DNA of 36,636 nucleotides from Calcarisporiella thermophila CBS 279.70 (Eukaryota; Fungi; Calcarisporiellomycota): contig NW_027192200.1 in assembly GCF_041956535.1 (NCBI RefSeq), forward strand, positions 213,308-249,943, read 5' to 3'. How positions within the stretch are numbered: the first letter of the stretch is position 1; each line of letters begins with the position of its first letter. The notes beneath the pieces were generated by a model that did no database searches, was not told the DNA's origin, and saw nothing but the letters and a program-made list of their open reading frames with translations. A program made the position numbers and the translations under genes. Below are positions 21,157 to 33,620 of this stretch, in pieces.

Positions 21157-22100
21157 TTAAAATTCCATGTTGCCCACCATAAATTCTTCATATGAGATAC
21201 TGTTGGTTGAAAAGCGTCGCCCTATATTCCGTTCACCCATCTCATCCTCCTCGATCGACTCTAGTTCCTCGTCCTCATCGCTGGGTGCCATATAGCTACG
21301 GGCATAAGAAATGAAAGGATTAATACCGCCCTCGAGCCTTCCGCCGGGACGCAGAGGGAAATTACCTTTGGGTCTTCAGTGTGAAGAACACTATCCGTTT
21401 TAACTTTTTGTTAAAGAAGAAGTAGTTAAACGACCAGCTATAAGCAAAGGCATGTTAGACTACATCCGGGCTGGAAAAAAAATATGGCAAGTTAAAAGCG
21501 CTAACATACATGGCGCCCTCCTCTCGATTCGGATCGCCCTCGTGGTCGGGATTATACGAGTAAACATCACACTCATCCAGCCCAATAACGCTATCCACCA
21601 CATCCCACAGCCGTAACTCCGTCACCACGCGTTCATGCCCACCCAAATTAAACAGCGTAGTTTGCACGGAGTTCATGACCATCGGCACAGACGGCTGCTT
21701 GCTGAACTCTTCAGGTTTAGCGTCGCTAAAGTCGTAGTCCGGAAATGCAGCGTTGAGGGTAGCGATGAGGAAAAAGAGGGTCTTGCGGGAGCTGGCCTCG
21801 TTCATGGGGCCAAACGGGGAGACAATGTGTCGAAAATGGTCTTCTGGGGAGGCGGAGCGGGCCATCTCCTCAATATACCGCATCTCAAGCTGCTTGTAAA
21901 GCCGCTTATCAGAGCCGGCACTTTTACCTGGAAAAGAGGCAAAAGGTCTGAGTTGATAGCTTTCTTTTTTGTCATCCAAACTGAATTAAGCACACACAAG
22001 AATAGGCCTCCAATCGTGCATTTACTTTGCATTCGGCACTCTCCAGAGAATTTAAAGCTCGATTTATTGCATCGAATGCTGGCACTTCTAAATATTTCAT
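21157..22100 (-). CDS. MAF1: Repressor of RNA polymerase III transcription Maf1 (4 exons)
   Basis: MKYLE...RLEAYSCK.AGSDKRLYK...PFGP...SSRKTLFFLIATLNAAFPDYDFS...CDVYSYNPD...DP...GAIWSFNYFFFNKKLKRIVFF, followed by an acidic tail. Confidence 0.95.
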
Positions 22101-22634
22101 CTCGTCACAATGTGTAGGTTTGCTTGGGGTGTGCTTATTTAAGTGCGGGGACGCGGATTGAACTCTCAAGATGTCAGGATTCAACGGTCGGATGTAATTC
22201 TAAAGCAAATATACAAACGCATCAGCATCGTGCGGGGGCCATTGTTCCAATCTAGTTGAGCAGAAAAACATCTGGAAGACATATATACTTCAAAGAAGTT
22301 CGGCAGCCTGAAGGAGAACTAGATCGCCCAAACAGTCCGATCGAGATATGTGGACAATAGGTTGGAGCTTTATGCGGTCACCTATATGTCACGCGAAGAT
22401 AAAAGCGTTAAAAAAATACCCCGCTTTGTCTCGAAAAGCGGAGCTCCGATCTTACAGATCTTGAGCTACAGGCGCAAGCTTAAGGGGGAGCCGTAGTGTC
22501 CAAATGAGGGGAGGCTATGGAGCGCTGCTTGTTGAAATTAGAGAGTTGGAAGAGTAGTAGTAATGGAGATGGGATGGAACGGAAGAGAAACGCCCCCCTC
22601 CGAGCGACTCCCGCAGGAAAAAAATGGTGATCGG

Positions 22635-22657
22635 GTGACGTCACACATGTGTGGCCA
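22635..22657. promoter_or_regulatory. Overlapping palindromes: GTGACGTCAC (CRE/ATF-like), CACACATGTGTG (E-box core) and TGGCCA
   Basis: Seen directly, about 540 bp upstream of the MAF1 ATG; function inferred only. Confidence 0.3.
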
Positions 22658-22723
22658 AATCAGTATGCACAACGAGATCACGCTCATCATCCGGCCTGGC
22701 AATTCAAGCAATCTCGTTCTCAA

Positions 22724-23990
22724 TTACTTTATATCTACCAACCCGTCATTCTAGGGTGTCCCAAGCATTAATATCACGTATGCGTTAAAAACGAGGCCAA
22801 CAACGGGTGCTTACCGTGATTCGGAACTCCACGGTGCTCTCTGGCATGCTAATCGACTTGAAGAGGGTTGCATATCTAAGCCAAACCGTGCCATGAGTGA
22901 ATATTCCCTTTCTCCTCCTTCTCCCCTGGCCCCCACCAAGAGGCAAGCCAAAGCTCAGAATTCCAGATTTTACCTTGCGGCTTCCTTCTGATACAGCATC
23001 ACCCGGTGGCTGCAAGTGTGTCCCCAGCTCTCGCCCAAGGCCGGCATCAACTTTCCCCGGTCCCCTCCGGCTCCTCCGCCATTTCTTGCCACCATTTGGT
23101 TGACGGCCACAACCGCAACGTCTAACTGCCCTGCTATCGATGCCAGCCGTTGCGCAAGCCCATTCACAATTCGGGCGCGGTGAGCCATATCGAGAAAATT
23201 CTGCCTAAATGGGAACGCAACGCTGTCAACGACGATAAGCTTTGCATCGAGCGAGGCAATTAGCGTGGGGAGAAGGTGCGTAAGAGCAACCAGCTCAGCC
23301 GGGGTGGAAGCCCGATAAACGTGTATGTTGGAGAGGATCTCTGTCGAAGATAGTTTAGGCTCTGGTCGGAAAAGTAGTCCAGCGAATGAGGATAGGGGAG
23401 CACCTCGATAAGAAAATCACAAAATAAATACCCTCCAAGTTATCTTCTTCAATCCGCTTATTCACGCGCGCAACCAAGGTTTCGGTGATCTGTGACATTC
23501 TTCGTGCTATGAAGCTTCCCTCAGAATCTAGGATCAAGCCAAAATTCATTAGCCATTCGGTCATCTACCCTAGCCAGCATTCCAATCCAACTCCACCTAT
23601 ATAAATAGCCGCTTTACCCAGGGCCTGCACATTCGCACATACATTCATACAAAAGTTGGTCTTCCCACTTCCGTTTTCGCCACACACTTCCGTCACCATT
23701 CCACACTCCACTCCTCCGCCCAACATCGCGTCGATGGCATTACACCCTGTTTTAATCTTCGCTCTCCGTTTTGCAGCATCTAAAATCTCAGCAGCATCTC
23801 GAGTAACCAGCGGAGGCGGCATCCGATACTCTAGAATTAATGCCGCATCATCAAGGCTTATAGAGAGCTCTTCGCTAAGCGCCTTTGTGCTGGTGGAGTC
23901 CAAGTCGCGTAAGGAGTAATAGCCATATTGGATCAATTTTGAGCGCAGGTCAGGTGAAATGGGAAGTGTAGTTATAAGCCGACTGCTCAT
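22724..23990 (-). CDS. RAD51C: RAD51 paralog C (5 exons)
   Basis: N-terminus RLITTLPISPDLRSKL, Walker A GENGSGKT, YIDSEGSF, VDSVAFPFRQNF..MAHRARIVNGLAQRL, VNQM, LMPALGESWGH and RYATLFKS, all matching RAD51C signatures. Confidence 0.88.
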
Positions 23991-24248
23991 TTTTTTCGCA
24001 TGAAATGAAAATATCACGCCTAATTAGTACAATATTTACAATTTAAAAATGCTGGTAGAGTAGTTCGAAGGCAACGTGAACAACGACTGTGATTCAAGTT
24101 GAATCCATGACTACTTTGTGGCTCATGGGCACAGTCACATATTAAACAAAATATTGCCAAACGAGACGACACACCGCTAGGATTCTGCCCTCCCCCTCTC
24201 ATTTCCACCCCACACCCCCTCACCCTCTCTCGTGAAATCACTTTCAAC

Positions 24249-24548
24249 ATGGGCAAATCGGCTAAATTCTATAAGCGCATTCGCAAACCCAGCGAAATCT
24301 CCTCCCAGGAGCCCAAGCCCATGGATGACGATCTCGACTTGGGGGGCACAAAGAGCGGCGGAATTTCCAAGCGCAAAGCCAAGAAAACGAAGCAAAAGAC
24401 GACGAGTGGGATGGCGATGGCGATCGATGAGGCACCCGCCTCCAGCATGAAGAAGCCCGTAGGTAAGCAGGAGAAAAAGAACGAAACCGGACCCAAGCGA
24501 GACTATGTCGATTTATTATATGGCAAGAAAACGAGTCATAGGAAGTAA
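24249..24548 (+). CDS. Small lysine-rich hypothetical protein (99 aa)
   Basis: ATG in good context (CAACATGG), coding-like composition, basic N-terminus MGKSAKFYKR and a C-terminal KRDYVDLLYGKK block; divergent from RAD51C. Confidence 0.75.
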   Translation: MGKSAKFYKRIRKPSEISSQEPKPMDDDLDLGGTKSGGISKRKAKKTKQKTTSGMAMAIDEAPASSMKKPVGKQEKKNETGPKRDYVDLLYGKKTSHRK

Positions 24549-25040
24549 GCCATGTATTGTACTATTAATACTTGTAAAGAATTAAATTGCATATCTGAAG
24601 AAGAGTGACACTAGAAGAGGTATTTGACATAAAGGCTAATGGAAGGAAAAACAAAAATACAGCATTACAAAAAAAAAGATCAAGTCAAAAAAAAAAACTA
24701 GTGTAAAATCACATAGGTGAAACAAATATTATATACTATACTCAAGAAAGGGGGGGGGGAAGAAAAAGGATATACATCAGAAATTTCCCAATGCCATCAT
24801 ATACAAAAAAGGACACTTGGGAAGCGGAAGGCATTATTAATAGAAAGAAAAGAAAAATGTAATGAGCAAAAAATAACTATACAAAATATAAGGCGATGAA
24901 CGGGAAAAGGGGAGGGAGGGGGAGGGAGGGGAGGGGATGCGGGGCCAATGAGAGTTATTATTAAAACCAATAAAAATATTATAACAATAATAAGTAAAGG
25001 GGGAAAAGCAAAAAAAAATGTACAAAACATAGGAACCAAG

Positions 25041-26357
25041 TCATTCGGACCACACCACGGTAAACTCCTTGTTCCCCATGAACACCGACCTTGGCAGCTC
25101 GGTCTCGTGCCAAGGGCGGAAGGGCCGCTTTCCATCGTCCTGGGACAGCTTCTGCAAGAGTAGCGTGGCGGTGACGGTGTCGATCCAATCCTTGGAGGGC
25201 ACGACGAGGGTTTCGTTGGGTTTGTTGCCGGCGGCTGAGAGGAAGGTGATGGCGGGGCCGCCGGTGGAGGCGCGGCGGGACCATCTTACGTGGTCGGCAT
25301 GGAGGGGCTCCGAGGCGGAGTTGGGGGTGGACAGCGAGCGAGGTCGCCACTCGCCGGCGAGCGCTTCGTGCTGCTGGTTGAGGAGGAACTCCATTCCTCG
25401 CGGCGACGTCATCTTGCGCCGCTTCTCCCCTCCGCCTAGCCCGCCGCCAAGCCCACCGCCGGGATGGGTGGTGGGGGTGAGGGGCGGGGAGTGGATGGAG
25501 GGCCCCGCGCCGCGGGCCTTGCCCCACCCTCTGCCCAAGCCACACCCCACCTCCTCCTCCACTTCCTCCATGTCGATCTCGTCCTCGCCGTAGCGGTCGT
25601 CCTCCGTCTGCTCGTCGGTGGACTCGGTGTCCGCCGCATGCTCCATCCCTGCCGTCCCGCTGTCCACCCGCTCCATGGGGCTCGCCCTTCGATACGCATT
25701 CGCCAGCGCCGAGGTCCTGCGCCGCTTGCTGATCATGGGGACGCGGAGCGATGGGTTCCCGGGCGGCGTGCTCAGCAGCAGGCACCCGAACCCGGGGTCC
25801 GAGGGGTGGAGGCAGGAGGCGGGGAAATCCGGGCCGAACAGCGGCACCAGCTCCTTGCGCAGCACAAAGCAAGTGCGGCGAGCCAGCATCTTGGCGTACT
25901 CGTACTGGATCCACGTGCCCTGGATCTTCAGGAACCCGCCGCGAATTTTCTTGACGTTGAGCTCGGGGTTCGAGTCCACCATCTTGACGATATCGGCCTT
26001 GGAGTTGCCCAGAGCCTTCCAAATGCCCGTGAAGTGGACCTCGCCCGTCTCGCGATCCCACATGATGGTGTGGTCGCCCTCGGGAAGCTGGTACTCATAG
26101 ACTATGGGGCAGAAGGGGGGGGGGGACAAGCATTAGGCGAGATTCAAGGAGGCCTCGGGGCGCATTGGCAGAAGCCCCGGGGCCCAGGCATTCTCTGCGC
26201 TCGAGGGGTGAGGGGGGAGCGGGCGCTTACCAGGTATATAGCCGCGTGGGTCGAGCGACGTCGCGTATTTCGCTAGCTTGACCCTTCCGACCTTGACGCC
26301 GCCTCCGGGGAAGGGGCGGAACCTCGGGGGGTCGCGGTTCTCGGGTGCTCGTAACAT
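25041..26357 (-). CDS. APSES/KilA-N DNA-binding transcription factor (Xbp1-like branch); intron 26230-26102
   Basis: AKYATSLDPRGYIP|VYEY....IMWDRETGEVHFTGIWKALG...KKIRGGFLKIQGTWIQYEYAK.LARRTCF.LR.ELVPLFGPDFP..CL.P.DPGF. Confidence 0.9.
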
Positions 26358-27708
26358 TCACGCAGAATGGGATTCACAAATCACTAGCAGTGTCAGGAGG
26401 AGAGTATAACAGTTATGAATGATGAGGTTAAAAGTGTTGAGCTGCAGAGAGCCGAGTTCGCATTCTAATGGCAGAGGCGCTAATGGGGAGGGAGAGAGGG
26501 GGCAGGGGAGTCGATGAAGGCAATCAGCGAAGGGGGGAGAGGGTGGGGGAGGGGAGGGGGGAGAAAGCGTAGGAGGGCCAGAGAGCAGAGAAGGTCGGGA
26601 GAAACTGAAACTAGTTAAATAATAAATAATAAATATAGCCCAAAGGAAGCTTTCAAATAAAAGAAAAATTAAAGAAACGAGCTAGGAAAAAAAGGAGGGT
26701 GGGGAGAAACATAGGGATAAGTCACGTCCATCAATTTTTTATTTCGATTTGTCTCAATACACCTGAACAATAAACCTTTTTTAGGCATTGTTAATAAGGG
26801 TAGCTATTTTAAACTTCCTGCGGGCCAAACCCATCCACCCCTCCCCCGCGAGGGCCCAGCACCCGCTGACAGCGGCGTGACATGGCCACGCATGAGCTGC
26901 GCAATGTCGGCATCATTGCTCGCCCAAGCCCTCGCCATCCGCGGCATCGGCCGCCCCATGACCACGCGGGCGAGGAGGCGGGGCCCAGAGGCAACCTAAA
27001 GCCCAACTAGCTCTGCCCCGCCCTTTTTTGCACCCGCCATGTGACCCCAAGCTTTTGTTGGCCACTCGACCCGCCGGCAAGCTGTCTAGGCCGAGCAGAA
27101 TTCGGCGGTTTCAATCCTAATCCGCCCTCCGCCCGAAGGGGCCGCGTCCCGGTTGCGCGGCACGCCGCTGGAGTCCCAGAGCGGGCCAGGGGTTAAGAGA
27201 GCGAAACGGGATGTGTGGAACAGGACGCCTCTTTGCTTGCGTTTGGGGCAAGCCTCCAAAGCCGGGCCTGAGAAACAGGGAGGCGGGGCGGGCGGCTTGG
27301 GCGCGTTCCCATCGACTTGTCTTGGCTCCAGCAAGAAATCAAATGATCCACCCTCCCCAATCCCTTCCGAATCGGCCAAACGGGAGGGCTGCTTGCCGAG
27401 CCAATCTCGCCATCGATCCGCCCAGGTGACATAATTTATTAGCCCTCAGGGAGATCGGGCCCTGGTCCGCTTTTGGAAGATATTTAATTTGCTCTCTTGC
27501 GTGTGTTTGGCCCGGCAATTTCCCAGACGGAAAAACAATCGCGCCATGCCAGATTGCTTCGCAATCCGGAACGCTCGCCTTGTTCTAAATCCAATCCTTC
27601 GCAACATTCGCGTCGAACAAGTTTGGCGGCTCACTAGAGAGACCATGATAATTTATTGTACACGTCGTTACCCCCAAGCCTCAGAAGTTTAGAGAGTGTG
27701 AGAAGGAT

Positions 27709-27754
27709 GAGAGAGAGAGAGGGAGAGGAAGGTGGGGGAGAGAGAGAGAGAGAG
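27709..27754. repeat. Interrupted (GA)n microsatellite
   Basis: GAGAGAGAGAGA...GAGAGAGAGAGAGAGA seen directly. Confidence 0.8.
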
Positions 27755-27994
27755 AAAAAAAGAACAGCTTACACCAAGAAGCGGAAAAGAGAAGCAATGC
27801 AAAAATAAGAGGGTTAATAAAAAGAATCCATATCAGCAGCAAGATATAATAAAAATTAAAATAAAGATACTATATATATATGTATGTATATTTATGTTTA
27901 TATAGGTTCATAAATTTATATATATAGAGGACGGCGAAGTCCATCGTAGCTCCTCTTTTGGAACCATACTCACACACACACAAACATACATACG

Positions 27995-30900
27995 CTATGA
28001 GAGATGAAAACCCCCTTGGCCCTCCCTCATCCCCACCTGCAATCGCTCGCGCATCACCTGCTTGGATGAGTATTCGGGGAGTTTCAGGTAGTTTACACAG
28101 GTCATCACTGAGGGGAGATAGTCATTGGCCGTGAGCGGGGGTTCATGGGGCCGGCGAACGATGGTGAAGGGTGGGTTCAGGCTTTTAAATCCTAAAAGAT
28201 GAAAAAAAAAGTACCAGAAAATTAGCCATTGGATAAATGGCAGTCCCCCAGGATGGCCTAAGTTCAAGAGGAAGGGAAGGGGGTGCATACCGCCAATGGG
28301 CAGTTTAGGGCTGCCAGTGATAAACTGCAGGAATTCTCGGCGCTCCTTGATGTCAAACTCCGTCATCAGTTCCACCAGGTGTTGCACGGGACGGCTGCTC
28401 AAGGTGTAGCCGTGGTCGGCCTTGATGGCATCCTGGATGGTCTCCTTGGACCAATCCTCGGGAGCCCGCCCAAAGAGTGCTGCCAGCTCCTCGGCCGTGA
28501 AGATGCGCAGATCACGGACGGGGAACACCGTGTCGAACCCCTTTCGAAACGCCGCTATCTGGTTTGCTACGCCCGTCCCGATGGTGTAGTCGACAACTAG
28601 GGAGATGTACTCCTCAATGTTGTCCATGCCCACATCGATATTCGTTCCACCAGGCTGGAAACAATAAAAAAAACCACACAAGAGACAGGTTAGCAAGGGT
28701 TCCGCCACGAGGGAATCAAATAATACACGGTAACAACCTTGAGCTCAATCTCTGGATATCCCGGCGCAGTGAAGTTCAAGCAGAACTCTTCCAAGCTCAG
28801 CCCGCTCAAGCGGAGCTCGCTCAGCATCTCCTGTTTTTCCTCAGTTTTCAGGTCAGCGCGCCGCAGGATCCGCTTCTTCTCGTCGACAAAGAACTTCACC
28901 TCTTCCAGCGATCTCCCAAGGGTCTGATCGACGCTCCGCAGCAGGCCAATGCTCCGCTTCACCTCCTCGCCGAGCACCATCTGCAGAAAGAGGGGGTGGA
29001 AGGGGATATCGATGATGCGTGAGTCGAGAAGCGAACGCGCAACGAACTGGCCCAGCGCGAAGAACAACTTGATGATCTTACTGGCCTCGTCCCGGCCGTC
29101 GCCCTCCCCACCCGATGGGCTCGCGGGCAGCGGGCGGGGGAAGAGGCCCCGCTCCGAGTGCACATAACTGCTCTTCGGGTCACGCCCATCATCCCGCCAC
29201 ATCTTGACCGCCTTTCGGCAAAACTCCCGCGACACCACCGCGTAGAATTCCAGCGTCGGTCCCAACCCGGTCCCCACCTCCTCGAAATACTCCACCTCCA
29301 GCGCCGCCGACAGCCTCCCGTAGAGCTCGAGCACCCGGATTGCGCTCTCAAGCATCTTGTGCCGCGAGATCCGCACTTTTTGCCGTTGAACCCGGCCCAG
29401 GAACACGTGCGAATCATCGTGCCGGGAGGCATGCAAACTCAGCACGTCGTTTGCGTGGTTTTGTTGGTGAAGCTGTTGCCAGCGGGCCATGGACCGGGAG
29501 TACCCGAACGAGGTGCTCTGCAGGAAGATGTAGCGCGTCTCGAAGGGGAAGAGAAAGGGATAGCCCCTCACCAGGTCGAAGCACCAGGCGGGAAGGCACG
29601 CGCTCGCCACAATCAGGGGCTCCTCCAGCTGGCGATTTAATTTCGCGGCCAACTTCCCGTTCACAAAGTCGTCCTGCGCCTCGCCCCGCTGCGCCTGAAA
29701 GGCGGCCAAAGCGCCCGCCGAGTTCGCCTCCACCTCAGCTCGGAGGGAATGAAGCACTCGCAGCAGTTTCAAGACCTTGGAGTACTCCGGCGGGCTCGAC
29801 GGCGACTCTGGGACGTCCTCCTGCTGCGGGGAGGGTCGCAGGAGCTCGGGAGAGGGCGCGGGGCCGGGGACTTTGCGGTACCTAACCGTGTAGATGGTGG
29901 ACCAGACGTTTCGGCTGCCGGACCCATGTTCAAGCTGGTGGATGGCGGCGTAGATGGTGGAGTCGAGATCCACCGGCATGCTGCTGTCGCCGACGGTAAA
30001 CGCAAGGTGCCAGTCTTGCGAAGCGGACGCGCTGCTGGACGGCTGCGGCTCTTGAAACTGAGTGCCGGGCACATTAGAGCGGGAGCGTGAGGACGATGGG
30101 CGTGACAGAGAGGCCAGAGGGGAAGGCGTGGAGGGCCGGGATCGGGTCCGGCGGGTCGAGGTGGAGGTCGGGGTCGGGGTCGAGGAGGAAGAGCGCACCG
30201 GAGTTCCCGGCTTGATGTCGACCGGGGATGCGCCCTCGTCCTGCTCCATAGCATCCACATTCTCATCCACGGCGCTCTCCACCTCGTCCACCTCGCCCCG
30301 CGGCCTCACTCTCCTTTCGTCCGCCATTTCCGTGTCCACACCAAGTTGCATTTCACGCCGTTGCCTACTGCGTCGACGACCCGATGAGCGGCCAGTAGGG
30401 GAGGGATTAGAAGCGTGTGCTCCAGGAGCAGATGTGGACGAAGGGGCTTGGGAAGTTGATGACGAGGCCGAGGATGAGCTTGCAGTCTCAACTGCTGCCG
30501 GGGTGGCGATTCGGGGCTGCAAGTAGTCGGCCAGAACTTTGAAGGTTGCGATGGCATGCACCGACACCACCAAGTTCGAGTAGGGAGGCGGCACCTCCAG
30601 CCCCGGTTCCGCCACCAACTTCAGGCGCATTTGTTTGGTGAGCATCATCACGGGACTTCGCCTGGCCTCGTCGAGCACTGACTGGTAGGCCGTCACGACC
30701 TCAAATGACTCCAAGCGCCCTAGCAATTCTTGCAGACGCTTGACAAGCAAGGAAAACTCCTCGTGTCCGGTGGGCCTGTCCATGCTCGCAACACCGCTCT
30801 GGTCGCCCAAAAAGATCCCCATGAAGGCTCGTTGTCGATCTTCGAGCGGCGCCTTGGAATAGTCGTGTTCGTCAAGATACCCTAGCAGGGCCTCCATAAA

Positions 30901-33620
30901 GCCACTCTGGAGCAGCTCAAAGCACGACATTGAGTCGCGGGTCGGTGGAAAATGCTGCGCAATGCGATGAAGCACAGAGATCGCGCAGGGATCCGAGGCG
31001 GAGCCGCGTAAACTCGCAGAAAGCTGTTTCAGCTCGAGAAGGACGGCGGTCGCAGGGTGAACGTTGCCCTCACACTCATCTGGAAAATAAGCGTTGCGAA
31101 GAGCACTGGCCCGTTGGAGAATCAGGGCATAAAGCTGCTGATCGCGGGGCGAATCGTTGAATACAAGATGGCGAGCGGCAGGGGGGCTCTGTAGGCCGAG
31201 CCGCTCAAGGACCCGAAGGTTCTCCAAAAAGGAGCCTTGTTGTTGTGCATTCGTGGGAGGCAATGTGGAGGAGGTAGAGGGGGGGGAGGAGGGGGAGAAG
31301 GAGGAGGAAGAAGGGGCCGTCGCGCCCGAACTTACGCTAGCAGGATTTAATATTGCAAATGGGGTAGGTTCCGCATACGTCCCAGTAGCACCACTGTTCA
31401 AGGATGTTGAATCTTGAGTCTTGCCCTGGTCAATTGGGGCAGCCAAGGTTTGTCGGGTGCTCGCCTCTTCGATCAACCTGTTCATTTCAAACACGACCCC
31501 CTCCCTGCGAAAATAATAATGGTATACATCCGGCAGTTTTTTCATCAGTAGTTCGGCCAGCTGCAATGCACCCATGACTAAAGTCGGATATTCCTGTTGA
31601 GCTAATATTCCCGTGAGAAAACTGGCGAACGGCACATCTCGAAGAGATGCCTCGAGAACATCCGCATCCGAAAAAGTAACAAACTTGAGGAGGCCGGCCA
31701 CCACCCGCTGGCGAATCTGTAGGTTGACCGTGGCGGAAAAGAGTTCCGAGAGCGTGGGGACAAGCACGCGGCCAAAGTGGCGGAGGATATCGGGCCGGGA
31801 GCGGAGGAGCTCCACGCGAGCGTCATTCTCAGCCTGCTGTTCAGGCGACAAATCTTGGCCAGGGTTCGCCATGTGGGTGGAGTTGATCGTAGCATGGGAC
31901 AGATCAAAAAGGCCGTCTAAGAGGAATAGATATATCAAGCCCCGTTAGCCAGACCCTTCATCCAGTGGAATGCGCAGTGCTATTACTTTTGGGAAGAGAG
32001 GGCAAGAGTTCGCAAATCACCCCTAGCACTTCATACAATTGCTCACGCGGGCGATGGATAATATGTGCCTGTATGACGACAGGAGGAAGAGCACTAGAGA
32101 TTTCGGTAGGGAACATGTGTCCGGTGATAACCTGGAAGAGCACATCGACGATATTCATCTCCAAAAGCTCGAAGCCGAGATTCGGAGAGCTGTGGGACAC
32201 GACGTTAAGCAAACGAAGGAGTTGTGTGAAAATGGATGGGCTAGAAGAGAGGCAAGAAAAGGAGATAGGCAAAGACGGGTGAGGGGGGGGGGGATGAGTT
32301 TTTATTTTCCAATTTTTGCACACGCTTGCGAGATCTACTCCCACTTACCTGATAATCGCGTTACTACTTCTGGGTATAAGAAGTTCAATTATACTTTCTA
32401 AGAGTCCCTTTGAAATGATTGCCTAATGATCAAGTTAAAAAAACGAATTCCCTCCAGCAAACCAAAGTGGTGTAGTAATCACCTCCAACTGCCCTGCATT
32501 CCCCTTGAATGTATCAGCCAACCGTACAAAACATAGACACGTCTGCTCCACTACCCGTTGATCCGAAGAGTGCATGGTCTGCTCCAGTATAGGCACTACC
32601 TCACGCACAGATTCAAATGCATCCACATTAACACTCCGGCACATGTTAGCGGCGGTGGAAACCGCGGTTCGCTGTGTATGAGTGCTGAAGAAATCAAGGT
32701 ACGAGAGAACAGCCCGCAACCCTCCCTCGCGAACAAGAGTGTTGGGATACTCGGTAGAGATTTTATCCAAGGTCTTTTCAGCAGCAACAACAAAAACAAC
32801 AAAAAAAAAAGATCAGCACCAACATCGAGTGGTCCCCAGTCTAGAAGAATGCCAGCTTACACTAAGTGCCTGCTCTGCCAAATCAATGTATTGGATCTCC
32901 AGCAACTTCTGGCATAGTACCGGAACAGCGCCGCCATACACAACGGTGCCTGTTGATGCGGGGTTGGCCTCCATCAAATTGGACAGGCATCGACAGGCTA
33001 GTAGCATTAAATCGGGTACTGTACTGTCGCGCATCAGTGCAACCAGCTCCCGCACAAAGGGCTCGGCCCCAAAGCCTGCAAGGGAATCCTCCGTTGCTAC
33101 GGAGAGAAGCTCAGCGAGCTCTTGTAGGGCAATGAGTTGCAGTGAAGGATCTCCGGAACGTAGAGTTTCAAGGAGTGTGCGATATTTCTGGGACTGGTGG
33201 AACCCAGGTGGACGAGGCCGCTTTGATTCTTCATCCTCATCCTCTTCACTCTCTTCCTCTTCTCCCCCCTCGTTCCCCCCCCCATCGGTGTCCTCCTCTC
33301 TCCTCTCCCCAGTGACCTCCTCTTCTTCCTCTTCTCTCTCATGTTCCGCTTCGGACATGGTGACATCCTCTTCCGCCATTCTCACTCGAACTTCATCATC
33401 CGCAGGCTTTCTACATGGAAAATTCAATGCCAAAGATTAATTCAACTATCGATTTCCAGAAATCTAATGCAATGCTATCCAATCTGTGATCCAATCCTAA
33501 AATCATACTGTTCCATTTTAGCTTTGATCAAGCGCGAACTTACTCTCTTGTTTGCTCTGAATTTTCGGCGCTGTTATTTAGAGGCAGACCAGCAAAAGTA
33601 GGCGGTTGGGCTGACCCCAT
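27995..33620 (-). CDS. UFD4: HECT E3 ubiquitin ligase, Ufd4/TRIP12 family (multi-exon; first exon 33620-33544)
   Basis: ARM region (LMLLACRCLSNLMEA, LLEIQYIDLAEQALS), KLNRQLEEPLIVAS.CLP.W, RQKVRISR, LEVEYFEEVGTGLGPTLEFY, and catalytic YLPSVMTCVNYLKLP.YS...EGQGGFHLS. A short upstream exon MGSAQPP...QTR splices in frame (GTAAGT at 33543, TAG at 33411). Confidence 0.93.

Noticed and set aside
24979-26276. Long alternative-frame and antisense ORFs over the APSES gene (similar ones over UFD4, RPL2, CPA1, PAH)
   Set aside because: Expected shadows of GC-rich or codon-biased genes; low-complexity R/G/P products without motifs.
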